A stretch of 61,853 nt of DNA, filler included, from Platydemus manokwari (taxonomy: Eukaryota), in assembly GCA_037951405.1 (NCBI GenBank). It is 6 parts of 6 records of this genome, joined end to end, with 100 filler letters (N's around TTAATTAATTAA, not from the genome) between each part and the next. Parts side by side here need not be neighbours in the genome. Positions count along the whole stretch, not along the records: positions 19,741 to 28,783 come from JBBMOY011308317.1; positions 28,884 to 39,143 come from JBBMOY011152549.1; 4 more parts are not named here. One strand, written 5' to 3'. Position 1 is the stretch's first letter. The number at the start of each line of letters is the position of its first letter. The translations under genes and the position numbers were made by a program. A model generated the notes under the pieces. That model worked only from the letters and a program-made list of their open reading frames with translations. It did no database searches and was not told the DNA's origin. Shown piece by piece: positions 27,741-39,243 of this stretch.

Positions 27741-28783
27741 GAATCTTTTTAAGGTTATTTACTTGGTTTTTGTATCCCTTTTGATTTATTCCGTGATCTA
27801 CCCAACGGATGTATGAAAATGATTTTAATATTATATGTGAGAATTAGCAGTGAGTTTTTAACCTCTCAACTTATTTTCTTGGCTTGGCAATCAAAAAATG
27901 AATTCAGCACTCTCCAAAAAATACAGGGCATATAATTAATAACTGAATGGAATATAAAATGGTTCGTGTATCACTTAGATGGATCTAGTTCGCGATATTG
28001 TCAATCTGATTAATGGTTTTTATTCTTGACTATATCAAAGAATTGATATTCGTTTTATGTTCGAATTCACTTTTTCATTTTCGATTCCCAACATATATAA
28101 TAAACCGCCATACTCTAGTCAATCAAAACCTGTAAAAGTCGTAAAGTTATTAATAGTCTTGTTTGTCTTTCGTTGAACTAGCTATAGTTTTCAGGAATAC
28201 ATAGAATAATGAATGGCAAATTGTTCAATTGTTGGATTTCTACATGCTATCAATTTATGTTAAAAATCTCAAAGGATGATTTCGTTCTTTTCCAAAATAT
28301 CATTTTAAAAAAAATTCTTATTATAATTTTTGATTTAAAATACTTTTAATGAATATCTACTCAGGGAATTATAATAAAATCACTATACGGAAGTTATCAG
28401 TCCCACTAATCTCAAAGAATCTAGAAATCTAATATTTTTTTAATGAAATGATAGATATTTTAAATCTGCATTTACAACGGCTTTATCATTATCAATATTT
28501 TAATTATTTCATTACAAAATAAATGAAAGTCATAATGACATCCATTATGAAAACAACACGGAATGAAGAAATGTTTAACAGATCCATTATTTAAATTATA
28601 ATTATTACAAGAAACTCCTCTATCTTTTCCATTAAAATGTTCACGATATCTTACTTTTCTTAATTCTGCAGTAAAACTAATATTGCCATAAATGTTGATT
28701 GACGACAATTTATTTCGTCCTTATATTTCATTAAAATATTACTTTTTTTCTAATTTCTTATTATATCTTACATCTGTTAATTT

Positions 28784-28883
28784 NNNNNNNNNNNNNNNNN
28801 NNNNNNNNNNNNNNNNNNNNNNNNNNNTTAATTAATTAANNNNNNNNNNNNNNNNNNNNNNNNNNNNNNNNNNNNNNNNNNNN
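28784..28883. other. Artificial assembly spacer (44 N + TTAATTAATTAA + 44 N)
   Basis: Same 100-bp structure. Confidence 0.97.
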
Positions 28884-29138
28884 ATACATATATATAATCA
28901 ATATGTTGACATCCTGATTTGTTACCATAATAATAATGTTGTTTAGCATTGTATTTGTATCGGTGATTTTATTCTCAGAAGTTACTTTGTTATTATTTTT
29001 GAAATAAATATTTGTTTGTCGTTTTTTTCGTTTTACTTTATCAATATCACTTATTATACGAAATCAATATTGCAATAATAATAATAATAATAATAAAAAT
29101 AATTTTATAATTAATGACAGCTAATAAATGTACTATAG

Positions 29139-29243
29139 CAGAAGTGGCCAACTTTTATGTACGTAAGATCGACTTTTCATTTGAATAACATCTCACGCGA
29201 CCGACTAAAATTAGCTTCAAGATCGACCGGTTGGCCACCCCTG
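29139..29243. mobile_element. hAT (Buster/Charlie-type) MITE, copy 1, 105 bp
   Basis: TIRs CAGAAGTGGCCAAC / GTTGGCCACCCCTG; 8-bp TSD TACTATAG/TACTAAAG with central TA; near-identical second copy at 36647-36752. Confidence 0.9.
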
Positions 29244-29416
29244 TACTAAAGCTTCATTAATTATATAAGCTTCTGCCAGTACTTTTACGTTGAACCCATT
29301 TTGACTTTGCTAAAAATTTAATTCTCCGACTATTGATCATAATATTGATATTGTGTAATCATTTAAGATATTCGCATCGATTGATACATTGAAAAGTGAA
29401 TTTATTTTGTTTTATT

Positions 29417-29427
29417 CACACACACGT

Positions 29428-29461
<34 letters not shown>
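29417..29461. repeat. Compound (CA)n(TA)n microsatellite
   Basis: cacacacacgtacacacacacacacatatatatatatatatatat is directly visible. Confidence 0.9.
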
Positions 29462-29860
29462 TTCGATTTTTGATGTGATCAATAGTTATTTCTTTTCTTT
29501 TATTCCTTGCGTTCTTGAAACTTTTGGAAATTACTGATTTCCAAGATATTCTGTTTCTAAACCAAGTTATTATTTCTAATTGATCATAAGGACCTCAAAT
29601 CTACAATAATTGTAGCCGTTTCATTAAGTAAATATAAAAATCATATTGATTAAGACATTATATATTAACAATCCAATATAAAGTCAATTCATCATCATAA
29701 AAATAAATAAATAAAAAGAGAACATTTATATTTCTGGCTCAGGTGTATTCACTAGATTTTAAATTTATTTCGTGTTTACCATAGATATATGATACCCATA
29801 ATACAATGTCCGTAAGCACAATTTGATATATTGATTTTTCCCGTCACATAATGGATATTT

Positions 29861-30096
29861 GTGCCCTTGATTATGAAAGTGGTATAAGTCATATATTTCT
29901 TGTTTGGAGATATTAAGGAATTTGCATGTTAAAGAATTAAAAAATATTTGTGTATTATGGAATGAAATATTTTGACAATTAATTAGCGCCGGTAAATCAG
30001 CATTTAATATGATCGTGAAATTTATTACCATTTTTAAATGAAAATTCGGTTTTAAAAGGTTGAAATGACTTATACCACTTTCATAATCAAGGGCTC
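29861..30096. mobile_element. Non-autonomous DNA transposon (Sola-like MITE), 236 bp
   Basis: Perfect 30-bp inverted repeat GCCCTTGATTATGAAAGTGGTATAAGTCAT (29863-29892 and 30065-30094), G(A/T)G termini and a 4-bp TSD ATTT on both sides. The Sola assignment is inferred from the AWWT TSD. Confidence 0.8.
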
Positions 30097-31521
30097 ATTT
30101 ATTTCAACCATTATCTAATTTTTGATTTTCTATTTTTAATTTCCAATTCGAATTTTGATCTTTAAGCAAAATTTTGTTTAAATGTTTCTATTTTTCGTTT
30201 TACTTGTAAATAATAATTCCTTTTAAAATATAATTTGAAGTTTCTATTTATAATTTATAATTTTATTGTTATTCATTTATCGTTATTGTATACATATACT
30301 TTTATTATTATTTTATAAGCTTACTAATCATCTGTATGTTCATTATATCGAAATACCCGCAATACCTACCAATACACATATTATTAATGATTATATTTAT
30401 TTTAACCCAACAGATTATTATCTTGTGTTTAGTTTTATTTCTCATTATTTTTCTATAAATGGAAATAAGTTTTGATAATTCTGCTAGACAGTCCACAGTT
30501 GGTCCCAATTGTTTGTTAGAAAAATAGATCATTATATTCACGACGAAACAGTTACAAAACAAATTCCTATCATGATGAGATAAACGATGAAATGCATTTG
30601 TCAATTTCTCTATAACATTTCTCTATAATCAAACTTTCATCGATTTCATTAAAACAATAGGATCATTATAAATGGTTATTTTATATTTTAAATAACATAA
30701 TAGTAACTGTAAATATGTTAAATTTGTTATTTCTATAACTGAAAGTGATTTATTTTACTAGATCTGACTTCCTTACAATTTATAGGTTAGCACTGAATTA
30801 ATCAATAACTAACTCTGATTATAAAGCCGTATGTTTTATGGCAATTTTACAAAGCATTTATCAGGGACAGTACAATCTTAATTTAAATAATTTATGATGA
30901 CAACTTTGTAGAACGCAGTTTCCTATTGTGCAATTTTGGGAATTAGCGGAATATATTGAATATTGGTAATCATAAAAATAATCGATAATACCTTATATTT
31001 AAGCAGAAATAGAAGAATTTTAGTTAATTTTCTAGCGACCTTTGTGATTATTTCGTCTTATTTATGTTGGGTTCTGGCCAATCTATAAACATTAATTTAA
31101 TCTGGAAAAAATATGTGTATACATTTGCATGATAATACGTACGAAATATGTATTAATTTTTATTGTCTCAATTTTTATTTAATCAGAGTGTATTTTTTAT
31201 GTTTCTACAACTCTTGGATTTTTTGGGCAAAAAACCTGTTTGAAATATTGATATCTATAATAATTATTATTTATATATACGTCAAATAATAATATCATTA
31301 AAATCACCATTAGTAAATCCATCGAAATTCCCTAAAATAATAAATTAATTTGTAAAATATCAATACGCAATGAGTTATCGTCCATTAACAGAGAAAAATA
31401 AATTGCCATCTATTTTCGTGCATGAAAATCATGCCACAGAATAAAATAATTACTCGATTAAATTTAAACGAGGGATATTTTCTCTGCCTAATAAATATAT
31501 TCAGAGAGAATTTCTCTCATC

Positions 31522-32091
31522 TGTGAATATATTCGTTAGCATTAAATTTAATCGAAGAGAATATCTGCGAGTGAATCACACAGCCAATATAAGGCAGTAA
31601 CAACAATAAACACAATACTGCCATTATTTTCACTGCTGACGTAATACGCTAAATCAATTGGAGAAGACACATCATTTAAATCTCAATCTGGAGCACTGAA
31701 GGAGATCATCTGCTGCAGAAGACCAATATTCCTGTATGTGACCGGCATTTGCTGGAAGACCCAGATTAAGACCAAACCTGTAAAATACTGATCTATATTA
31801 TATGCTGTATCGTTTTATTTCTATTATCTAGTTTGTTGCTCAAAGATCTTAAAGGTAACCGGTTTTGCTCCAAGAGTGTGGAGTTTATCAACCTCCATCT
31901 TAATCCAGGAGTTGTAATGTTATTCTTTAGCGTAATTTGATGTATAGTGTAGATTTAAAAATCAATCTGTAATTTTTATTTTAGTTTATGATAATCAGTT
32001 TTAGTATCGGTGTTATATTAAATAAACATTTGTAGCATTAAATTCTAGTTCTTAATAATATAAGGCTTGTAAAGTCAATTATTCGTAACCA
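31522..32091 (+). mobile_element. Possible solo LTR
   Basis: A TG...CA-bounded block with CCAAT/TATAA near the 5' part and AATAAA about 65-70 nt from the 3' end; no TSD confirmed. Confidence 0.3.
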
Positions 32092-33023
32092 TTTTAATAA
32101 ACGTAGTTAATAGTTTTGAATAGGGTTAAGTATTTTGAGACTGATAATTAAATTAATTAAAATATATCACAACTGCCACACCTATTGTCACCATACAATA
32201 AGGCTGCGCGAGTTGAAGGAACATCAACATAAGGTAGGTTACACCTGTGGCCTTAATAAAGAACCCGTAGAAATTGATTTAGACAGTAGTGGCATCAAAT
32301 AGGATATATATATATATATATAGCATGGGCAGGCCCTTTAACTACTTTATTTTTTACTTAAATCTCACCTTTGTAATCACACCTTTTATCTTTTGTCGAA
32401 TTCTCAAATCACATCTTTAAAATTACGCCTTTTATCGTTTGTAGTATCGAATTTGATCCTTTCACCGTCCGATAACTTCAGAATCTTGTTAGAATTTTTG
32501 TGAGTGAAAATAATGGCTTTGACACTCCTTATATAGTATTTTCTAGGACTGATTCTGAATAATCGTTTAAAATTTTTATTTTCTTTTTTCTTATTGGATA
32601 TTGAAATCCACCTAGATTAATAATTTTAATTTATTATTCACTCGTATTATTCATAATATTTTTCTTTTTCTCCAACATTTAAAATTTCAATTTTTGCCCA
32701 CAAATACGCCCACACCCCATTTAATTGAATTTTGCCCATATTTATTTTTTATTATTCCTCATAATAATTTTTTAATACTATTATTATCCTATAAAATAAT
32801 AATAATTATTATTAATATTGTAAAATTTGAATTTTATAATTTTTATTTTTTTATATACATAAATCGAAATACAATACAATTTTTTTCACATGAAAATCAT
32901 AAATAAATCGAAATACAATTTTTTCATTCAAGATCAGATAAAGTAAAAATCAGGATAAAAATCAGAATAATCAGAATAGTCACAAAATGTAATTGTTAAT
33001 TATCACAAATTATTCGTCCATGT

Positions 33024-33958
33024 CTACCTTCCTTTGTAGACTCTGATAGGAGGAGATTGATTGATGAGGCGATTTGATCTTTTGATATAGGGATGATATT
33101 GTTGAGGCTGAGCTTATTGAGACTGAACTACTTGTTGCTTTTGATGATCAATTTCTGTGGCAGTACCATGATGGAGATAACTTTATCTTTTACTATTGGG
33201 TACAATAAATGCTTTCTTGCAGGTAAAATATCATGTGGTGATTAGAGACCACTTTTTCCATGTTTGCTATTGTTTTGAACTCTATTGCCCTTGATGTGCC
33301 ATTTCATTTTAATTTATTGGGTGTTGCAGATAATCGTCTATCTGGAGTCGTTATCCACTTATCCTTCCCAATCTCATACATTGACGCGAGTGTGTTTAAG
33401 CATGTGTCAATTTCCTTGGGTTTGTATTTCCCATCTGTCAATATTCTTGTAACAGGTAGCATGTATACTATTTTCCCTTGATACATTACTGCTAATTCAT
33501 TGGTGCATTTTGGCACGTGTGCTAACATATTTTAGACTGTTTGGCATTTGAAGGTGTAACACTTCTCCGACTACTCATGTGAAAATTCCCCTTTTTTTGA
33601 ATAACACCGGTGCCATTAGTTCTGGATTAGTGACCGTTACAGCGATTTTTGTCAGTAATAATTCTCTATTGATTTTGCAGTCATTGGTTATGGTTTCTTG
33701 ATATAGCTCGTACATGCGGTTGATTTGTCTATGATAAAGGTAATCCATCTTATTGTTTACGTATGTCATTTTGATGTCATGATTATGTACTTTTTTGGCC
33801 TCTTTGATTTGCTCGAGGCTTAAATAGATGCCTTTGTAGTTCGTTGCTATTACCACTTGCCGGCATTTTACTGCTAACCCTTTCTCTATGAATCTCATAG
33901 CACCTGATGCACTGGTTGATACAAATATTCTTGGTGTTGCCTTTTGTTGAACATGAAA
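33024..33958 (-). pseudogene. Endogenous gB-type (class III fusion) envelope glycoprotein gene, decayed; chuvirus/herpes-gB-like env of a retroelement or EVE
   Basis: Joined frames read YVNNKMDYLY...ELYQETITNDCKINRELLLTKIAVTVTNPELMAPVLFKKRGIFT*VVGEVL/TFKCQTV*NMLAHVPKCTNELAVMYQGKIVYMLPVTRILT...CLNTLASMYEIGKDKWI..P...PNKL...IEFKTIANMEK/GL*SPHDILPARKHLLYP. This follows the conserved motif order of chuviral/gB-type env proteins. There are several stops and frameshifts, and the N-terminal domain and TM segment are missing. Confidence 0.8.
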
Positions 33959-34833
33959 TAAATTTTTTTTGTGGGTTGGGGGTTATTGATTTTACTGGTC
34001 CTATAGAAGGCTTCAATAGCTCGTATGAGGACGAAGCTATCGGAAACTTAGACTGAATGAAAAAGGTTAACACTGATAACCATGCAATATTTGATAAACT
34101 GTGGCAACAAGGACATATGATATCTCTATGACACCAGAGTAACCTACGAGTTGAAATGATATTAATAATGTTAGTAATCGAAATGACAATACTTTTAATA
34201 CAACCCTTTTAATTAAATAATTTATTTGAAAAAACGAAATTAAGTAACACTAAAAAAGAACAAAACAAATTTACCAAAATGTGTAGTACACTGCGCAAGC
34301 AGATAACTACTTGATAATCAAAACACCGAGTACCGGAAGGAAAAAATTAGGGAGACGACACAAGACAATTAATATAAAATTAATTAAATTGTTTAACAAT
34401 TATGCAATGATAATTAAGTAATCTTACGAATAAGAATGAATAGCTGGATCACGCAAGGTTTGTCTAACTCGAAATGAATATCGTAGCTTAACTTTTGTAG
34501 TGCGTTATTCTGCGAATAATCGTTAGCTGTGGTAGGGTAATTGTGGTGAATGCTGTTTTTTTGTTGAGTTTATATAGTGTTTGCTATGGTGCCGTTTCTA
34601 TAGCTGGCGCCATTTTTATTCTTTGATGTTATTTTTTAATTTCTTATATTTGTACAGCGCAATGCTGTTACTAAATTTATTCTCTATTGTTAATGCTTAT
34701 GGATGTTCGTTTTTAAATCTGATAAAAATCGAATATAATGGATTTTTACTGCCACTATTTTTATTTATTTGTTATCTGATTTATTTCGTTTCTTTTGGAT
34801 CTGATAAAATATAACCTATTTCATAAATTGTAC

Positions 34834-35161
34834 NNNNNNNNNNNNNNNNNNNNNNNNNNNNNNNNNNNNNNNNNNNNNNNNNNNNNNNNNNNNNNNNNNN
34901 NNNNNNNNNNNNNNNNNNNNNNNNNNNNNNNNNNNNNNNNNNNNNNNNNNNNNNNNNNNNNNNNNNNNNNNNNNNNNNNNNNNNNNNNNNNNNNNNNNNN
35001 NNNNNNNNNNNNNNNNNNNNNNNNNNNNNNNNNNNNNNNNNNNNNNNNNNNNNNNNNNNNNNNNNNNNNNNNNNNNNNNNNNNNNNNNNNNNNNNNNNNN
35101 NNNNNNNNNNNNNNNNNNNNNNNNNNNNNNNNNNNNNNNNNNNNNNNNNNNNNNNNNNNNN
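34834..35161. other. Assembly gap (328 N)
   Basis: Plain N run without the linker. Confidence 0.99.
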
Positions 35162-35413
35162 TATTTCATTGTCCATTATAATATTTATTATATAATGATG
35201 CCTGGAGGATGTTTTTTGTTAGAAACTTTTTCACCCATTATTCGATTCATAATGAGATTCAATGTAGAATCCAATAACCTAAATTTGTATTTTTACCATC
35301 AATTTACATTATGAGAAGTAATTTTGTCATTTATAGATTTTTGTTTGATCTTCACATCACATAATTTTAAATATCAGTTGTTACTAATACAATGTATCAA
35401 TTATTATGTTTAG

Positions 35414-35504
35414 AGATTCAAATTCGATAAACCAAAACTTGCTTACTTATCGGTAATCGGAGGTTTTCTGGTTCAGTTGACCCTTGGAACCGTGTACACA
35501 TACG
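35414..35504 (+). CDS. First coding exon of an MFS transporter (invertebrate oxalate:formate-antiporter-like family)
   Basis: RFKFDKPKLAYLSVIGGFLVQLTLGTVYTYG matches the TM1 motif V(I)GGFL.HLTLGT.YTFG(N) of this family. It is flanked by a TTTAG acceptor and a strong GTAAGT donor. No further exon was found before the scaffold end. Not in the ORF track. Confidence 0.75.
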
Positions 35505-36646
35505 GTAAGTCGAAGAGCACTGTTATAATAGGAATAATTTGCATTAAATTAATGACTAAAATAATGATAAAATTATAATTTATTATTAAATTATTAGTCA
35601 ATCGTTTGGATATCTTGTTCTATTCACTTGACGGTGGGAATGGAATAATCGTCGCTCCTAAATAATAATATATGACTTCATATGATCAAAACTGATCAGT
35701 TTAATAATAAAGGTTTCTGATGCCAATCGTTTAATTTCGTCAACAAGCAAATGACAAAATAATTGATAAGTTCACAATAAAAATTCATCGATTTATATCC
35801 AAATTACTCATATAATTCAAATGTTAATCAAAATCATCACTTGAGACCAGCTGAGATTAACAGTGTTCAAAAATAAATTGTCTGGTTTATGGCGTTTTAT
35901 AAATAAAATCGAATGAAAGTGTTTAGAATTTCTTTAATTCGCAAAATGATTGACGAGCTTTCATTGGAATCACTTGGTTGGTATTAATTAATATCGATTT
36001 GTGGAAATACTTTTTGTGTTGTTAGTTTACTTTATTGACCGATGGAATATATTAATTTATCTTTAATTGATCGCGAGTGTCACAATTTGCTTTGCGAATA
36101 TGTAAGATTTAGAAGTGAGGTTGCAAATATTAGGAAATGTCGAATTTTGAATTCCAATTTGTTCTACTAATATCTAAAGAAATTTTCAATAGTTAATAGT
36201 GTTGCATAAATAACACTTTTATTAGAACCCACATAACTCAAAATAAAACCCATTCAACTGAAACCGGTTTCAACTAACTATAACTTAAAATATACCATGT
36301 CTGAAATAATGTATAATTAGGAAATTGTAACTGTTTTGTGAGGTAAATTTTTATTAGACGATCTGTTTTTCATTGATTCATCATGACCGTTATTGGTTAA
36401 TGCCAGTATATGCGTAGTGATATATTTTACCAAATTGAAATTATTGCTCTATCTTGTTTATAATTAGTCGAATATCGTAATTGTATTACTGTAAAGCATG
36501 CTTGTGGATAAATTATCAAAACAGGGGTTCCCAAGATTCCTAAAATAATTATTTCAATGGGAATCATTCATACATAACAAAAGTAATAAAATATTTTAAT
36601 TAATTGTGAAGCTTAGATAGAATTTATAATTTTCAATCCACTACAC

Positions 36647-36752
36647 CAGAGGTGGCCAACTTTTGTGTACGTAAGATCGACTTTTCATTTGAATAACATC
36701 TCACGCGATCGACTAAAAATTGGCTTCAAGATCGACCGGTTGGCCACCCCTG
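36647..36752. mobile_element. hAT (Buster/Charlie-type) MITE, copy 2, 106 bp
   Basis: TIRs CAGAGGTGGCCAAC / GTTGGCCACCCCTG; degenerate TSD CACTACAC/ATTTACAC; near-identical to 29139-29243. Confidence 0.9.
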
Positions 36753-37978
36753 ATTTACACAATCAAATAAAATTCGATATATTTTCTGAATTTCTAACTT
36801 TTTGATCATGATTAATTTTCTTACTTGTCGTGCCTTTTTGAATGTGATGTGTTGAGAAATGTCAACGATAAAAATAAAATGTATTCAACCAATGTTATTT
36901 TATTTTGTTTCCTTTATATAGTAGCTCTATTTACTGAGGTTATTTTTCTATTATATTATCCTATTAACTCTCAAATGAATTCAGTTACCATATTCATGTT
37001 GTGATACTATGGGGGAGGGGGGGGTATTTTAATTGAGATATTGGTGTCAAGATAAAAAATGTGTAAATTTATTGTATAAAGGAAAAAAGGCCTGAGATGC
37101 TACCAATTATTTGTCGCTTTTTTTGTTATTAGACAAATTATTTCCAAAATATGAAATTTTAAAAAGTTCTTTTAAGGTTTGTCAATAAGAGCGTTTAATC
37201 AGCCTAACTCATTTTTACAATTTTTGTTGATTAAGCACACGAATATGTACAATAGTATTTGAGTCAATAATTTGTATTATCTTCCTCTTCTGGACGATCA
37301 AATTTTGAATGGCACTGGTGGAATATGATGACTTATTGATTCTCATTTTATGGTAGACTAAGATATGGAAGAATTAATTCCATCAATATTCAACTTTTAG
37401 CAATGCTGAAGCGTAGGTTCCGTGTATTAATCAGGTATATATAAGTAATAATAAATGTAAGGCAGTAAAATTTATTTATCATTAAAAATTGGAAGCAATA
37501 TTGATGAATTTTAATGTGACTATGTAACAAAATAAGTACCGCCCATATTCGATAATAACCAATAGAAGATGTTTCCCTTGGGATTTTGTGGAAATATGAT
37601 TTAGAATTTTGTAACTAATCTGGCGGACATTGATACGAGTTGTACCAAATTAAAATATAAATTGTTTTTGGCATTATGAGTTCAAATTTGATAATTAAAA
37701 ATAAAATATTTAATCCGATGAATATGATTAATGTCAGGGAGGAATGTTCGAATATGAATTCGAATACTGCATTAGTATATGATTAAGAAAAGATTTCACG
37801 TAATGAGAGATATAAAATGAAATACTACTATTGGGGTTCTGGTTCAACAATTAATCCACAACAATTAATTCACATTGGAAAAAAAAGTTTATACATTTCC
37901 ATGACAAAACGTATAAAATTTATATTAATTTTTAATTGTATCAATTTTTATTTAATCAGCATGTGTTGGGAAAGTGAC

Positions 37979-38044
37979 CCAAGTACCTCAAACAACAACG
38001 AAAGGATAGAACCAAGTATCTCAAATAACAACGAGAAGATAGAA
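37979..38044 (+). repeat. 33-bp tandem duplication (PSTSNNNERIE / PSISNNNEKIE)
   Basis: CCAAGTACCTCAAACAACAACGAAAGGATAGAA is followed by CCAAGTATCTCAAATAACAACGAGAAGATAGAA. Confidence 0.8.
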
Positions 38045-39143
38045 CTAGATGACGACGGAAACTAGGATGAAGTGGTTTATCTTAAGGATAAGTCCGAGAT
38101 GGAGTTCGACTACAGATATTGGTAAATACTTACATTTTGTGTTTTGATTTAATCTACAATCTTTGTTTTGTATTATTGTATTTCTCAAATTTTTCCTTGA
38201 TTATAAATGTATAATGTATTTTGTCATCAATGTTTAATGTATTTGTTAACAGTAACAGTTTAAAAACAATTGAAATTTTTCATAGAAAAACTTAAAATAA
38301 AGTAAAAAATAAAATCAGACAACAAAAATAGTAAATAGCGCGCCTAAAATAATAATAACGAAAAAAAAATTTTACTTAGAAAAAATTGAAAATTGTTTTA
38401 GTGCGCTAATAATATATAGAAATAGTTGGAATTTCTGAAAATGTCTAAAAATTCCAAAATAATAGAATTAAATAAACAAATATGTTAAAATAATTAGAAT
38501 TAAATTTTTGGAAATATAAAATAATTTTAATTTCGAAAGGGAAAAATAAAATTAATTTTAATTTCTAAATCAAATTTTCCACTTCTAAAATAGTCTAAAT
38601 AGGCACCAAAAATCATAAATTTTCGCTCATAAAAATCTGGACTGAAAAAGTGAAAATCTTAAAAACAAGTCTAGGAAAAGCGCAATTTTAGGGAAACTAA
38701 GAGGAATCCGAACAGAGTAAAATTTATAGAGTTTATGAAAGAATAAAAGTTATATATTGTAAAAGTATAATTAAAAATACTCAGTCGGAAATGCAGAAAT
38801 ATGAATGTTAATATGAACATAACAACCGATACAACAAGAGTAACAAAATAATATATAAAGTAAGTCCGACTGATAGTATTCTAAAAATCTTAATTTTACG
38901 AGAATGCAGGACCTGAATGTAAGAGTTTAAGAAGATAACGTGATCTGGATTTTCAAAATTTTATTACTTAATTCATTCTATTTTTTTATTTTTTGATTTT
39001 TGTAAAATTTGCTGTATTTATTTTATTAAATTCTGTAATTTAAGAATAAATTATATATATAGTATTGCAATGTAGTATTGATTTATTGTTTACAATGATC
39101 CTAAGAGGAATCAGTGACATGTAATTGAATTTGATTTAGCTAT

Positions 39144-39243
39144 NNNNNNNNNNNNNNNNNNNNNNNNNNNNNNNNNNNNNNNNNNNNTTAATTAATTAAN
39201 NNNNNNNNNNNNNNNNNNNNNNNNNNNNNNNNNNNNNNNNNNN
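39144..39243. other. Artificial assembly spacer (44 N + TTAATTAATTAA + 44 N)
   Basis: Same 100-bp structure. Confidence 0.97.

Noticed and set aside
33260-33481. + strand ORF, and the 3' part of the overlapping - strand ORF 33783-34073
   Set aside because: Antisense or out-of-frame shadows of the env relic.
34781-35181. Long ORFs in the track (also 59790-60039)
   Set aside because: Produced by reading through N gaps.
36522-36534. CAGGGGTTCCCAA, a hAT-like terminus
   Set aside because: No partner TIR or TSD found nearby.
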